From Eledone cirrhosa (lineage: Eukaryota): 64,000 nucleotides of DNA. Under the pieces are notes generated by a model, which did not search any database, had not been told where the DNA came from, and saw only the letters and a program-made list of their open reading frames with translations. A program made the translations under genes and the position numbers. Below, in pieces: positions 1 to 11,603 of the stretch (its first letter is position 1; every line of letters starts with the position of its first letter). Location: NCBI GenBank assembly GCA_964016885.1, contig OZ024740.1, positions 409,200,001 to 409,264,000 on the forward strand, given 5' to 3'.

Positions 1-134
1 TGTGTTGGTTGTTTACCGACACCTCAGTATGCAGGTTAGAACACTCGACGAAGTACGCAGGTTGGTTTGTTTACTCCGGAGTAATGTAAAATAAGTCAAA
101 CATGTTAAATTTGGCTTCGTTTATTATAAATTCT

Positions 135-187
135 CTGCTATATATATTTCAGTGACAGCTATTATTGGCTGTGACCTCATCAGGCAG
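135..187 (-). ncRNA. Inverted copy of the 279-331 hammerhead motif
   Basis: Exact reverse complement, in the left arm of the 92-374 palindrome. Confidence 0.72.
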
Positions 188-278
188 TACGAATTAATGT
201 AGAAAAAACAGGTAAACATAGTGTTGAAATGTGTTCACTCAACACCATGTTTACCTGTTTTTTCTACATTAATTCGTA

Positions 279-331
279 CTGCCTGATGAGGTCACAGCCA
301 ATAATAGCTGTCACTGAAATATATATAGCAG
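279..331 (+). ncRNA. Minimal type I hammerhead ribozyme motif
   Basis: CUGC-CUGAUGA-GGUCACAGC(caauaaua)GCUGUCACU-GAAA-UAUAU-AUA-GCAG: intact core, stem II with one C-C mismatch, palindromic short stem III, 4-bp stem I. Confidence 0.75.
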
Positions 332-390
332 AGAATTTATAATAAACGAAGCCAAATTTAACATGTTTGACTTACTTATTTTATATATAT

Positions 391-572
391 ATGAAAAGAG
401 TCAGGGCCCCGACGGCTGAGCTCCGAACGTTCGGATCTAGCTGTCGAAACAGCCGGAGCTCAGCTGTCGGGGCCCTGATTTTTTTCCTATTACCCACTCT
501 ACTACCCTAAGTATCGATTACTCTGGTGCGTTATGGTCCACCTGGTTCATTACCACACTTTCTTTGTTATAT
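391..572 (+). mobile_element. Short fold-back element in (TA)n, copy A (palindrome plus unique tail)
   Basis: GAAAAGAGTCAGGGCCCCGAC...GTCGGGGCCCTGATTTTTTTC, then CCTATTACC and ~80-bp tail; closely similar to 12887-13080. Confidence 0.75.
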
Positions 573-574
573 AC

Positions 575-582
575 ATATATAC

Positions 583-654
<72 letters not shown>
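575..654. repeat. (TACA)n/(TA)n microsatellite
   Basis: Direct reading. Confidence 0.95.
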
Positions 655-657
<3 letters not shown>

Positions 658-1192
658 CAAGGTTTAGCAAATAAGAAAAAGTTTTAAAATAAATTTTAAA
701 AAGTTCACTGTACCTGGTGGGTGTAATTACCCTTACCGTACGGTTTCAAGTCTCAAAATAAATGGATAATCCATGCGGAAATCCATTGAAAAGAAAGACT
801 TTCGTCAGAGGGTTCTTTTCGCTCGGAGAATATAAAATTCCCGAGTTCAAATCACGAACTGGCGCCATTCAAAATTGTTCCCGAGATGAGAATGTATGAT
901 GAAGAAACAATTCTGTCTAGTGCCGTGTGTAAAGATAGAAGGCAGAGGCGGAAAGGTCAATGTACTGCCACTAGAAATAGCAGCAGTTAAAACGACCAAA
1001 ATGTTATCTCGACCAGGGGAGATTAATAATAATAAAGTATGTCTCCCTAGATGCAAAATACATATAGGGACACATGTATTATCCAACCGTATGCCAATGT
1101 GGTTCTATGGCAGGTTAATAAATTAACGAACCAGAACATATATAATCAAAGTTTAGCAAATAAGAAAAAGTTTTTAAATACATTTTAAAAAG
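652..1192 (-). mobile_element. Non-autonomous hammerhead-bearing element (retrozyme/PLE-like): 489-bp unit plus 52-bp direct repeat
   Basis: 652-703 is repeated at 1141-1192 with ~3 mismatches; (TA)n on both sides; contains the hammerhead at 729-813. Confidence 0.7.
729..813 (-). ncRNA. Type I hammerhead ribozyme motif with long stem II
   Basis: Minus strand: ACCCU-CUGACGA-AAGUCU...AAUGGAU...AUCCAUU...AGACUU-GAAA-CCGUACGG-UA-AGGGU; predicted cleavage after GUA (between 734 and 733). Confidence 0.85.
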
Positions 1193-1209
1193 ATATATAT
1201 ATATATATA

Positions 1210-1636
1210 TATACTATATTATATTTAGAGTTATAAACTCAAACAGTCCTTTACAATTAATTAGCTCAAAGAAAGAAACATTTCTGAGCCGTGAAATACA
1301 AGTTAATATAAATTAATATATGATAAACACATAAGTGTTTGTATTGTAAATGACCAAGTTAGCTAGATTGAAAAATACTAATTAAAATAAATATAGTTTG
1401 CCTGTCTCGATTTAAAATAATAAATCAATAAAAACAAACCCATATTGGCAATAACCGTGATACCTGGACAAATTTAAATTTCAAAATCCAAACCTATTCC
1501 GTAGACAAGTCGGTAATAGGAGAGAGTATGACCCCGACGGCTATTTCTGGAAAAATTTCTGTTTCGACGGCTATTTCTGGAAAGAAATAGCCGTCGAAAC
1601 GGCTTGAGCTCTGCCGTCGGGGTCATACTCTCTCAT
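1210..1636 (-). mobile_element. Fold-back element related to the 391/12887 family (palindrome 1520-1634, CCTATTACC, AT-rich tail)
   Basis: GAGAGAGTATGACCCCGACGG...CCGTCGGGGTCATACTCTCTC; GGTAATAGG at 1512-1520 is the reverse complement of CCTATTACC; bounded by (TA)n; tail boundary approximate. Confidence 0.6.
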
Positions 1637-1645
1637 ATATATATA

Positions 1646-1854
1646 TATATCAACTAGAAATTAATTGACATATATATATATATTTAAAATAAACACATGA
1701 ACCAATGAACAGGGGATAATTTGTAAAGTGTGTAATCACACATAGCTAGGTACCTAGCTTTGTGTGATTACACACTTTACAAATTATCCCCTGTGATTGT
1801 TTCATGTGTTTATTTTAAATATATATATATGTCAATCAATTTCTAGTTGATATA
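1646..1854. repeat. ~105-bp-arm loopless palindrome centred on CTAGGTACCTAG, followed by a ~100-bp unique tail and (TA)n
   Basis: Arms are reverse complements with a few mismatches/indels; centre at 1751/1752. Confidence 0.9.
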
Positions 1855-2020
1855 AAATGCTCGGATCTATTCATTGGAATCTTTGAGCTTATTCTACAGT
1901 GGATATGGCGCATGTCTCGGACATGACTCCCTTATTTTAATTTAATTTAATTAATTTTGTATATATATATATATTACTTCAAAATATTAATAAATATAGA
2001 CATTCATGTGATCAAATATA

Positions 2021-2082
2021 TTTTATTATACATATTTCAGAGGTACTGAGCTATTTCATGAGTACGTCCTCATCAGATAAAA
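2021..2082 (-). ncRNA. Minimal type I hammerhead ribozyme motif
   Basis: Minus strand: UUUUAU-CUGAUGA-GGACGUACU(13-nt loop)AGUACCUCU-GAAA-UAUGU-AUA-AUAAAA; 6-bp stem I. Confidence 0.78.
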
Positions 2083-3309
2083 TAAATTGATGTCTGACAA
2101 ACCTCAACTGTGCTGATGGTTCAATTTCAGTCGTGGCAGTGATTACTTATGACAAAACTCAATATTTATATACCATAAGTTGTAACATGAAAAACTACAT
2201 ATAATAGAGAGGGCACGTAGGAAAAGGTGTATAAAAAATATATAATAATAAATATAATAAGTATATATACAAGTAAAAAATATAAACATATAACTACATA
2301 ACTGTTAAACATTTAAATAATAAAATATGCATACCTCCGTATTATAGAAGGAGCAAATGAGAGAGCGAGAGAGCTAACTAGAGGAGAGAAAGAAAAGGAA
2401 AGAGAGATGATACAAAAAACAAAGAGAGGGAGATATGTATGGTAACATATAATTACATAAGGAGAAGGAGAATCAAGGTATATGACGCGTGACCGTTTTT
2501 TTTCCAAATATTAAGTTAATTAGAAATAATCTATTAATTAAATAACTTGAAATTTTTAGATTATAATATTTGAAAGAACCTATATTATTGTATTATATCA
2601 AAATTAAAACTAATATATAGTGAAAAAGATAATTTAACATAACTCCAAGGGTAATCAAGAGTATATTTAAATTATTAAATATAGTCAATAATTTAGTTAG
2701 AAAGATCAAAATTAAAATTTAAAATGTTATTAACTAACCATAAAGTTTATAAATGTAGTAAATATGATATTATTAAACCAGCTTTATTTAGATATAAGCA
2801 TTTGTATAGTTCTTATATAAACTATAAGATTTAAATCGATATTTGTCAATTATATATAATATTAATTATTAGTTATAATTACACTTAAGAGTGTTATAAT
2901 TTTGATATAACTAGATTTTACTGTATTCAAAATTATACATGTACAGATTATTAATCAATTTAGATAAAACGAAACTTTTATACGATAAATGTAAACAATA
3001 TCTTCGTACGACGTAAACAAACTTTTAAAGTAATTAAACGGTTTACGAGTCTGAAGACATTACAGGTATCAAATTTATAAGATACAAGGTTTAAAAAATA
3101 CAAAATCAAAACTAAGTGTATTTAAACAATCTAGAGATTAACATATTGTATAAGAGAGCAGGTAAACAGTTTCTATGGTTAGGTAGAAACCTTATATCCA
3201 ATATTAATAATAGCAATAATAATAAAAGCATTACAAGAATAATTATTCAGAGTCAATATCATTTCACCCTCGGAATTATTAATAAGAGTCAAAATCATTT
3301 CACACTTAG

Positions 3310-3790
3310 TCAATGTTTTCTCCTAATTTTATATGATACTTGAAATGTAGATGTAGATTTGTGCAGGCAGTTTGAGAATAATTCACTTTTTTTGTTAATT
3401 AAATTACCATAATTAGCAATTATTAATAGAATCTCGGTATTGCAAAGATTGCAGTTAGGATAAATAGAGCTATTTTGGTAGACTTGACAGTTGCGAAGCT
3501 TGGACCAAAATATTGAGTATTTAAAATTTTTCTCTTTTAAAGACCATATTAGTTGTGATAAAGAAGTAGATCATTTCTTATCCGGATTAGAAAAAAAATG
3601 TTTATGACTGGAAAATCTCAGTTTAAAGCTCGATGAAGTTGCACCTATGTAGTTGTAGGTAATGTTGTTTGCTTTAACGGTACATTTATATACTAAGTTC
3701 TTATCAAGGCAGTTATTTTACAAAGGGCAATCAGATCTATTTCTACAGTTACAGTTAGATTTTCTGTTATTATTATAATTTAAACTGTTC
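3310..3790 (-). pseudogene. Penelope-type GIY-YIG endonuclease domain remnant
   Basis: Manual translation: CNCRNRSDCPL*NNCLDKNLVYKCTVKANNITYNYIGATSSSFKLRFSSHKH...STSLSQLIWSLKEK...CNLCNTEILLI...LINKKSELFSNCLHK; two in-frame stops, so absent from the ORF track. Confidence 0.85.
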
Positions 3791-4016
3791 GCGTTATCAT
3801 TGTTAATATTTGTAGGTGTTCTACAGTTTAGATTATAGTAACCTCTCTGTTGATGCTTCTAATCTATTGTAAAACTTTATCCATTAATTAATCAATGAAC
3901 CTTGTTAAACATTTGGTTATATATATATATATATATATATATAGTTACATAACTATTAAGCTCTGTAACCTACATAGAGCACTTTTTTTCCTGGACCTTT
4001 CCGACAGAATTACTTC

Positions 4017-4159
<143 letters not shown>

Positions 4160-4709
4160 AACACAGGAGGCAATTTTTACACAGTTGTATTAGGTTCACG
4201 CTTGGTGGAAGTGGAGGTTCCGACGTTTCGGACAGAGGTCTTTCTTCATAAAATGAATAAAATGTATACATAAAAATTAGAGTTTTACTCTTTAACTATA
4301 ACGGATGGAGAAAAACTCCAACCAACCTAGATTATATTCACAATTTCATAACAGGAATCCCCTTTAGAACTGTTAGACTATGGAATCAAGCAAGGGATAT
4401 AACTCATATAGCTCCAGTTAATTTAAGTTTTATCAGGCAATATGGTGGGAATGGACCCTGTCCATAAGTTAACTCGGTGGAAGCAACATACATAAGTATA
4501 TTCGATTACAATTAGACTCAATCACTATCACGCTAACCTGTTTCTTCTATCGCTACTACAAACAGCCACGGCTCCTCCATGTAAGCTAGATACCCAGAGC
4601 GAGTGATACACAAGCCTTTCCTCCTCTGATGTCTTCTGTCTCACTCTCAAACTAAAAACATACTTCAATCTTCCATTGCTATTATTACTACAGCTTTCTG
4701 TAATTATCT

Positions 4710-4825
4710 CCGTGTCCATAATTCTTTCCTACAGGCTTCAACCTACCGAAATTCAAACTGAACATCAATCACATCGACTTTACCAGTCTGGTAGGGCTTC
4801 TAAATGTCATGGCCACTGCCCTTTC
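4710..4825 (+). mobile_element. Possible extreme 3' fragment of a CR1/L2/Jockey-group LINE
   Basis: Translates as FFPTGFNLPKFKLNINHIDF, resembling the FPxxYNLxxFKxxVN ORF2 end; very short. Confidence 0.35.
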
Positions 4826-5086
4826 TTTTTACACAGATTACTTGTCTGAAATAGGAAACTATTTACATAGAAAGTGTTTTATCATCGTTTAATTCTGTAT
4901 TCATTTATGTGTGAACATGTTGGCGTTTCATTCCTAGCTATATTTACGTGCGTATATATATGTGTATAAATCTGTGTAATTTGTGTTGTGTGAATGTACT
5001 AATTCTTATATAAAATAGCACGTTTGTGCATGGAGGATTATCTGTGTTGTTAACTTGTGTGAATGGATTAGTGTATTTTTGTTATT

Positions 5087-5124
5087 GTATGTATGTATGT
5101 ATGTATGTATGTATGTATGTATGT
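5087..5124. repeat. (TATG)n microsatellite
   Basis: Direct reading. Confidence 0.95.
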
Positions 5125-5331
5125 GTATTATTTGTTTAGTCAGTTATGTGTGACTGCATTAATTAATTAAAATAAGTATATGTGTGTAATCTGATTGATA
5201 TTGGTAGCAACTCCTACGGCATTACCAATGAGAGAGTACCAACCAATGAAGGAACTTCTATGTGGTTTCCCGACCTGCTAAACCATATCCTACTGCTTAA
5301 AATGGTAGGACAAAGCCAGAATGACCATGGT

Positions 5332-5524
5332 AATAATTGTTTCTACTTTTGGCACAAGGCCAGCAATTATTCCAGTACATTACTGGTACTTTATTTTATT
5401 GACCCCGTAAGGATGAAAGGTAAAGTGAATCTCGGCGGGATTTGAACTCAGACCATAAAGAGCCGTAACTCTATGCTGCAAAGCATGGCGTCCGACCCTC
5501 TACCGATACTGCCAATCCCCCGCC
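5332..5524 (-). mobile_element. tRNA-derived CORE-like SINE (family 1)
   Basis: Reverse complement of GGCGGTGGATTGGCAGTATCGGTAG (A box)...GAGTTCAAATCC (B box)...TTTCATCCTTACGGGGTCGATAAAATAAAGTACCAG...GAAACAATTATT; several copies in window. Confidence 0.9.
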
Positions 5525-5641
5525 TCTTAATCATAGGTTTGCCTGATCAGAGATAACCTGGGGCTAAAAGGCAATAGCAGCAGCCCTAGTAGCTCTGAGG
5601 TGTCAAAGATAGCGTAAGCATTATAATTATTGCCTTCTGAA

Positions 5642-5833
5642 GGGTGGTGGATTGCCAGTATCGGTAGAGGGTCGGACGCCATGCTTTGTAGCATAGAGTT
5701 ACGGCCCTTTATGATCTGAGTTCAAATTCGGTCGAAGATAACTTTGCCTTTCATCCTTACGGGGTCGATAAAATAAAGTACCAGTAATACACTGGAATAA
5801 TTGCTGGCTTTGTGCCAAAACTAGAAACAATTA
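5642..5833 (+). mobile_element. SINE family 1 with 22-bp target site duplication
   Basis: Same consensus; TSD ATTATAATYATTGCMTTCTGAA at 5620-5641 and 5830-5851. Confidence 0.92.
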
Positions 5834-6025
5834 TAATCATTGCATTCTGAATTTTCAATTAAATGAAGATTTATTCTGGTACTTTGAGCATTTCTGATAA
5901 AACCTTTCTCTCGGTTGTGAAATAAAAGAGGGAAAGAAACGAAATCCATACAAACTTAAACCACTTCACTCTTACGTAGCTACGACCAGTGGCGTAATTA
6001 GTATGGAGCAAGTAGGGCACGTTTA

Positions 6026-7862
6026 GTGACAATGGACGCCATTAATACGACGCATGCCACGCCCCCCAAGGAAAGTGATAGAGAGAAGGTAGCAGCACAA
6101 CGCTGTAAGCCTTCCCTCCTCACTCCCGCAAAAGACACCACGGAATCAAAAGAAAAAATTGTGGAAATGGGTGAAAACCCCAAAAGTAACAATTACACAA
6201 ACAAGAACAACAATGATAATAACAACACAACCAACAACAGCAACAATGACAATAACAACACAACCAACAACAGCAATAATGACAACACCAACAAAGGAAA
6301 AAAGCAAGCCAACACGAATAACAACAACAACAATGATAACAACACGAAAGAAAACGGACCCACAGCTGCAGTCTCCTTCGCACAGGCGGTCCGAGAAACG
6401 CAGACATACAAGGAACTGGACATCTCGAATGCCAAGAAATTGCTGAAAGAAGCAAGGAATTGTGTAAATTTCGGGGAAGGTGGGGAATTCACAATTACCT
6501 CCCCCGAAGAAATTAGAAGGGACAAAGTCCTCAGGACTGTAATCTTTAGGACAGTTTCGAACACGACTAGGAAACCGGCTCAATTGTCCGAAAGCGAAAT
6601 TGAGCTGGTGCTAAGTGGTGCCTGGAAGGATATCGCTTTCATACAGAAAGGGAAACTGTATGGAAGCATATCTGTTTTAATGCAAGATGAATTGGCGGCA
6701 CGGAAATATTCTGTGTCGCCAATTGTATCCAAAGCATACACCTTTTCCCTCACACATTTGGGGAAAAGAACTCAAAAGATAAGAATCTCGGGCATCAGGC
6801 CAAATGCGAGCATTTGGTGGGTGCTAACGGGATTCTTAGAAGATGAGGACACAATCCTTTCGATAGGCGAATCCACCGGGGGCGTATTCGGTGGTAATAG
6901 CCTTGAAGTTCTGGTCCAAATGAGACCAGAACGGATAGCAAGAATACCGCAGCGTGTGTCGCTGGATGGAGTCGCCTTCATAAACATTTCTGTTGAGGGC
7001 AGGCGGTCTTCATGCTACCACTGTTCAAGAAGTGGTCACCTGAAGGCTTCCTGTCCCCTTTTAAATGCCCCCCTCCCCCCAAAAAGATGCTTCTGCTCAC
7101 CCCACACACAACAACACAACCACCACCACCACCACCACCACCACCACCACCACGAAAAAATAACAACACAAGACACTGTCACACCCAACCCCTCCCCACC
7201 TAAAACAAATACAAAAGCAACCACAACAAAACCCCAAAATATACCTCTCCCCAACAACACGGACGAGGACCCCTTATCAATGTCACCCAGTGACGACGAG
7301 GGAGAACCCTTTCAACCTGTAAAAAGAAAGAAAAGAAGGCACCACATTAACAAAAATGCAACAAACACACAACCACCAGCACAAACAGAACAAACATCAC
7401 AAACAAAAAATTCCACCCCTCCCGAAAACATAACATACTACAAAACGCAAACACACACAAGAACAACAAACAAAAACAAACACAACACAACAAAAACAGT
7501 ATACATACATCAACACAAACAACAAAACACTTGTGCAAACAAGAGACAAAGACCCTTCGGTGGAAACCGAAGGGGAAATGCTCACCAACGCGGCGACTAA
7601 ACCGCATTAAAAAATGATTAGGGTCCCAAGGGACACCTACGCAATGCTCAAACAGAACTTTCCCGAGGACGTGGGGAACCCCTGTACTAGACCTAGCAAC
7701 TGCGTCCTCTTGAAATGTTTCCCCACTACCACCACAGACACCCCTCCCCAACCAAATACCCCTACCCCACCACACACTGATGTCTCCACCACCCCACCAA
7801 ACAACCCCGCCGACAGCCCCATGGAAATTGTGCAGCTTGGTCCTCAGGAGAAGGACAGGTAG
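6026..7862 (+). pseudogene. LINE ORF1 (zinc-knuckle nucleic-acid chaperone), probably frameshifted near the C-terminus
   Basis: SFAQAVR motif, CYHCSRSGHLKASC (CX2CX4HX4C), FQPVKRKKRR; 6026-7600 probably continues in the 7614-7862 frame. Confidence 0.8.
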
Positions 7863-7905
7863 GTGTCTTTTCCTTTTTCTCCACTCTAAACTCTTCACCA
7901 CCAGC

Positions 7906-10900
7906 ATGGCTGTTATAAGAGATGGATGTTTAAATGTGCGCGGCCTGGGGATGTCCTGGAAGCAGGGCAAACTCTTAAATGACCTCAGGTCGCACATAAT
8001 GGATGTGATAGCTATTTGAGAGTCCAGGATCAGCAGCGAGCACCAACTGGCCCCCATCTTCGACGACTTTGAGATCTATGCATCTCTCTGTCAGCCGGGG
8101 TGGGGGGTGGGGGCGGGGTGGTCGTTCTGCTGCGAAAACACCTGGGCCTCGCAACACGGAAGGTACACCTGGACCCGGAGAGTCGACTGGTGGTTCTAGA
8201 CGTAGGCAGTAGTGAAGGCTGGTGGCAGCGTATGCCCCATCTGGAACACCGCGACCGGACTTCTTCCAACGCCTAGAGACTTTTCTGGGAATGTCTCGCT
8301 CCTTGATTTTAGTGGGGGACTGGAATGGTATCCTGAATGCACGTTGGGACTATGTAGGGGCATGTCCCGATAGAGGGGGGTGTAACAGCCTCAAACGGTT
8401 AATCGGCCGATTTGATCTGGCCGATAGATATCGACTAGATTTTCTGACTGTGCCACTGTCGGACGTGGACTAATCGCAGCGGAACATCTAGGTCGTACCT
8501 AGAGAGGTTCCTAGTTAGAAATAAGGATAGGGACATATTAAGCTGTCCACGAATGTTCATGGTTGACTATTCGGATCACAAGTTGGTGACCGGAGTGGTC
8601 AACCTTGATATAGCCCATAGACAAAGACCCGGTTACTGGAAGCTAAACTTGTCCTTACCGACAAACAAAGCTTACAGTAAGCGTGTTAGCACGCTAGTTA
8701 AGCAGCGGTTGACGGGGGCAATTGTCAACAGCAGGTGGTGGGGTTCTCTCAAGAGAGAAATTAGAATAGAATCGATAGGTTTTAGTCGGGAATTAGCATC
8801 AGATAGGAATATAACTGAAAGGGAACTGATAGATAGAGTAGAAGATGCGATTAGGAGGGGCAACGTGGCCGGCGTGCTGGCGTCAAGAACGGCCCTAGAC
8901 CAGTATTTTGACGCGAAGCACGAGGGCTGTGTTGTCAGGAGTAAAATACGTGCTCTGGGTAACGAGGGAGCCAAAGCTGTTAGCTGGGCCCGAGTGACAG
9001 AGGCAAAAAGTGGAAACAAGTCCACGATTCGGTCTTTGAAGGACCAGGATGGACGCGTGATTCTTGAACCTGAGCCGATGTGCGCGGCCTTTCAACGGCG
9101 CTTTGCACGACTGTTCGGGAGGGGCGGTGGGCCGGGTGAGGCCATGGATTTCGGTCCATACCTCGACGGTCTGCAGCGGCTCTCAGACGGGGAGGCGAAG
9201 TCCTGCGAAAGGCCGTTTTCAGCCGCTGAAATAGGGGAAGCGCTGAGCCAATGCGGCAAACGCAAATCTCCGGGTCTCGATGGTCTACCATACGAACTTT
9301 ATGTAGCGATGCCGGACTTGTTCTCCGGTCTCCTCGAGGCGGTCTACTGCAACTGGCAACAGAACGAGAGAATTCCCAGTTCTGTGACCAAGGGCGTAGT
9401 CACGCTGGTGAGGAAGGACGAGAATAAGGGGGATGACATAGATAACTTCATGCCCATAACTTTGCTAAACTCAGAGTTAAAGATTTTGGCCAAGGTGTTA
9501 GCGAAGAGGTTGGCACTTGTCGTCGGGAACATAGTGGGAGAAGCGCAGACATGCGCAATCCCGTCCAGGTCCATACACGACAACCTCCACCTCATGCGAT
9601 GCATTGTAGAGAGGGTAGGGAACGAACCCGGCTTTGGTGGGGCTCTAATCAACTTGGATCAATCTAAGGCGTTCGATAGGGTCGACCATCGGTACCTGGA
9701 TGCGGTGCTCGCAGCGGCAGGCTTCGGACCTCTTTTCAGGGGCTGGATTGTTGCAATGCACAGCAGCAACACCTGCTCGAGGGTCAAGATGAACGGCTAT
9801 CTCTCGTTCCAAATCGCGTGATCCATCCGACAGGGATGCCCTCTCTCCTCCCTTCTGTATGTGCTGGCCCTCGAGCCACTACTAGGGAAATTGGAGCTGT
9901 TGCAGGGAATCCCTTGGAACCGGGATTACGGAAAGCGGTGTCGGCCTATGCCGATGACGTGACAGTAATGGTGGCATGCGCCTCGGAAATCGGGCAGATC
10001 TGCATCTTACTGGAGGAATACGAAAGGTTTACAGGAGCCAAGCTGAACCGGGACAAGTCCGTCGGTTTGCAACTCGGAACGTGGAGAGGCAAACCGATTC
10101 CCTCCGACGGCGTCGTCGGACGCTGGACGGAGGGACCGGTGAAGCTGCTCGGAGTCTGGTTCGGACCGGACCTCCAGGTGGAGAAAAACTGGGACGAGGT
10201 AACGGGCAGGGTGTTTGCACTCACCCAGAAGTGGGCCGAGTGCAAACTATCCCTGAAATATATATAGCGTCCGTCATCTACTACCGCTTGACCGTCGTGC
10301 CTTGCCTAGCGAAAACGCTCGCCAAAATGGAGCGCGCGCTCTTCCGATTCCTTTGTAAGAAGCCAGCCCCTTTGGTGAGAAGATCCATCTGCTGTCAACA
10401 CCCTTCGAACGGAGGGTTGGGGATGCCGTGGCTGACGATGCGTAGACATGCATTAAGGCTACGGCACCTCCAGGTATTCCTCACCGGTCAGCGGGTGTTG
10501 GCCCCTTTTGTGAGACGAGCCTTTCCGAGACTCGTCTCACTCACCGAGCTGCAATCCTGGGTCAAGCAAAGACCGAGAAAAGTGGGCGTCTGGCACATTG
10601 AATATGCCCAGGCGCTCACGGCCCTCTGGCAAGCGGATCCGGCAATCAGTGGAGACTCAACCTCAACATTCTATAGTGGGTTGGTGCGCAGCAAGTGCGA
10701 CGACGCTCTCGGAGAGGCTCTGGGCATGGAGGAAGACGAGCTAGCCAGTATGTTCGGTAGGACGTTTGACCCGGGACCGATGGGCAACTTCCAAAAGTCC
10801 CTGGCTTGGCAGTGCTACCGAGGAGCTCTACCCGTTCGGGAAAGCTCTACAGACACGGGCGCCCGGGTAGGGACCCCTCAAAGAAGATCTGTCCGAGATG

Positions 10901-11305
10901 CGTGCGTGACGAGGAAACCGTCGCGCACGCATTCGTACACTGCCCGGGCGTTGCTGACCTGTGGGGCTATGTGGAACGACTACTGTCGCGGGTGGGACCA
11001 ATCCGGTTGACCACCGAGTACATTGTCACGATCAAAGCGCCTCTCCCCTTCAAAAACGAAGGAGAGCGGTTTTCCTCTGTGTGATAGCTATGGCGAAAGA
11101 GGTTGTATGGTGGACGAGGTTGAAAGGGCTGAGGTCAGACACCTTTCTCTCCGGCCAACAACTGGTCCTTTTTTTCAAGTACCATTTTAGAAGAAGGATC
11201 AGAATGGAGAGAGAGGTGCTGTACCCCAGCAAGTTTTATGAAAGGTGGGTGAAAGTGGCGAGAATGGCCCAAGTGAATCGGCCTTCTCTCTATATCAGCC
11301 TGTAG
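7906..11305 (+). pseudogene. LINE ORF2 (AP endonuclease, reverse transcriptase, zinc finger) with several stops/frameshifts
   Basis: MAVIRDGCLNVRGL, AYAPSG, LILVGDWN, YSDHKLV, GYWKLN, KSPGLDGLPYELY, PITLLNSELKILAKVL, LDQSKAFDRV, RQGCPLS, YADD, KLLGVWF, GGLGMP, CPRC..ETVAHAFVHC, spread over several frames. Confidence 0.95.
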
Positions 11306-11403
11306 GTGAGAGAGGAGAAGAAGGAAGCACCCGCTCTTTTTGCTCCTGAGGAGGAGGGTTGCACATTTTTTCGGGGGTGGGGTGTGTGTGTGGGGGTGTG
11401 GAG

Positions 11404-11436
<33 letters not shown>

Positions 11437-11603
11437 ACCCACGTCAACGCCCCCTCCCTATTGAGGACTTCGATTGTTGAATTTGATTTGTTATATGTTT
11501 TTACACGTCCCTTGAAATGTATGTAAACTCCCCCTCTTGTATTTGTCCCAATCTTTGATGCCCTGGTGGCAAATAAATAGAAAGTTATCTATCTATCTAT
11601 TTA

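Larger units (their letters stand above)
92..374. repeat. Long fold-back inverted repeat (136-bp arms, 11-bp spacer), probably an inverted PLE-type terminal repeat
   Basis: 92-227 is the reverse complement of 239-374 with one mismatch seen; each arm carries a hammerhead motif; ends in (TA)n at ~382-392. Confidence 0.9.
1975..3918 (-). mobile_element. 5'-truncated, decayed Penelope-like retroelement (GIY-YIG C-terminus, long AT-rich 3' region, hammerhead)
   Basis: GIY-YIG remnant at 3310-3790 and same-strand hammerhead at 2021-2082; both ends abut (TA)n; continuity of the middle part is inferred. Confidence 0.7.

Noticed and set aside
486-494. CCTATTACC next to a hairpin as a rolling-circle (TAGTATTAC-like) origin
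   Set aside because: The motif lies outside the loop, matches only partly, and there is no Rep/HUH gene in the window
3571-3573. In-frame TGA in the GIY-YIG remnant as selenocysteine
   Set aside because: Not at an expected Cys position, a TAA stop is also present, and no SECIS was recognised
4215-4255. Hammerhead-like AUGAAGA-AAGAC..GUCC-GAAACGUC on the minus strand
   Set aside because: C3 is missing and stem I does not pair; at best a decayed relic
7347-9652. Antisense ORFs overlapping the LINE (e.g. 236 aa at 7347-8057)
   Set aside because: Low-complexity or GC-rich shadow frames with no recognisable motifs
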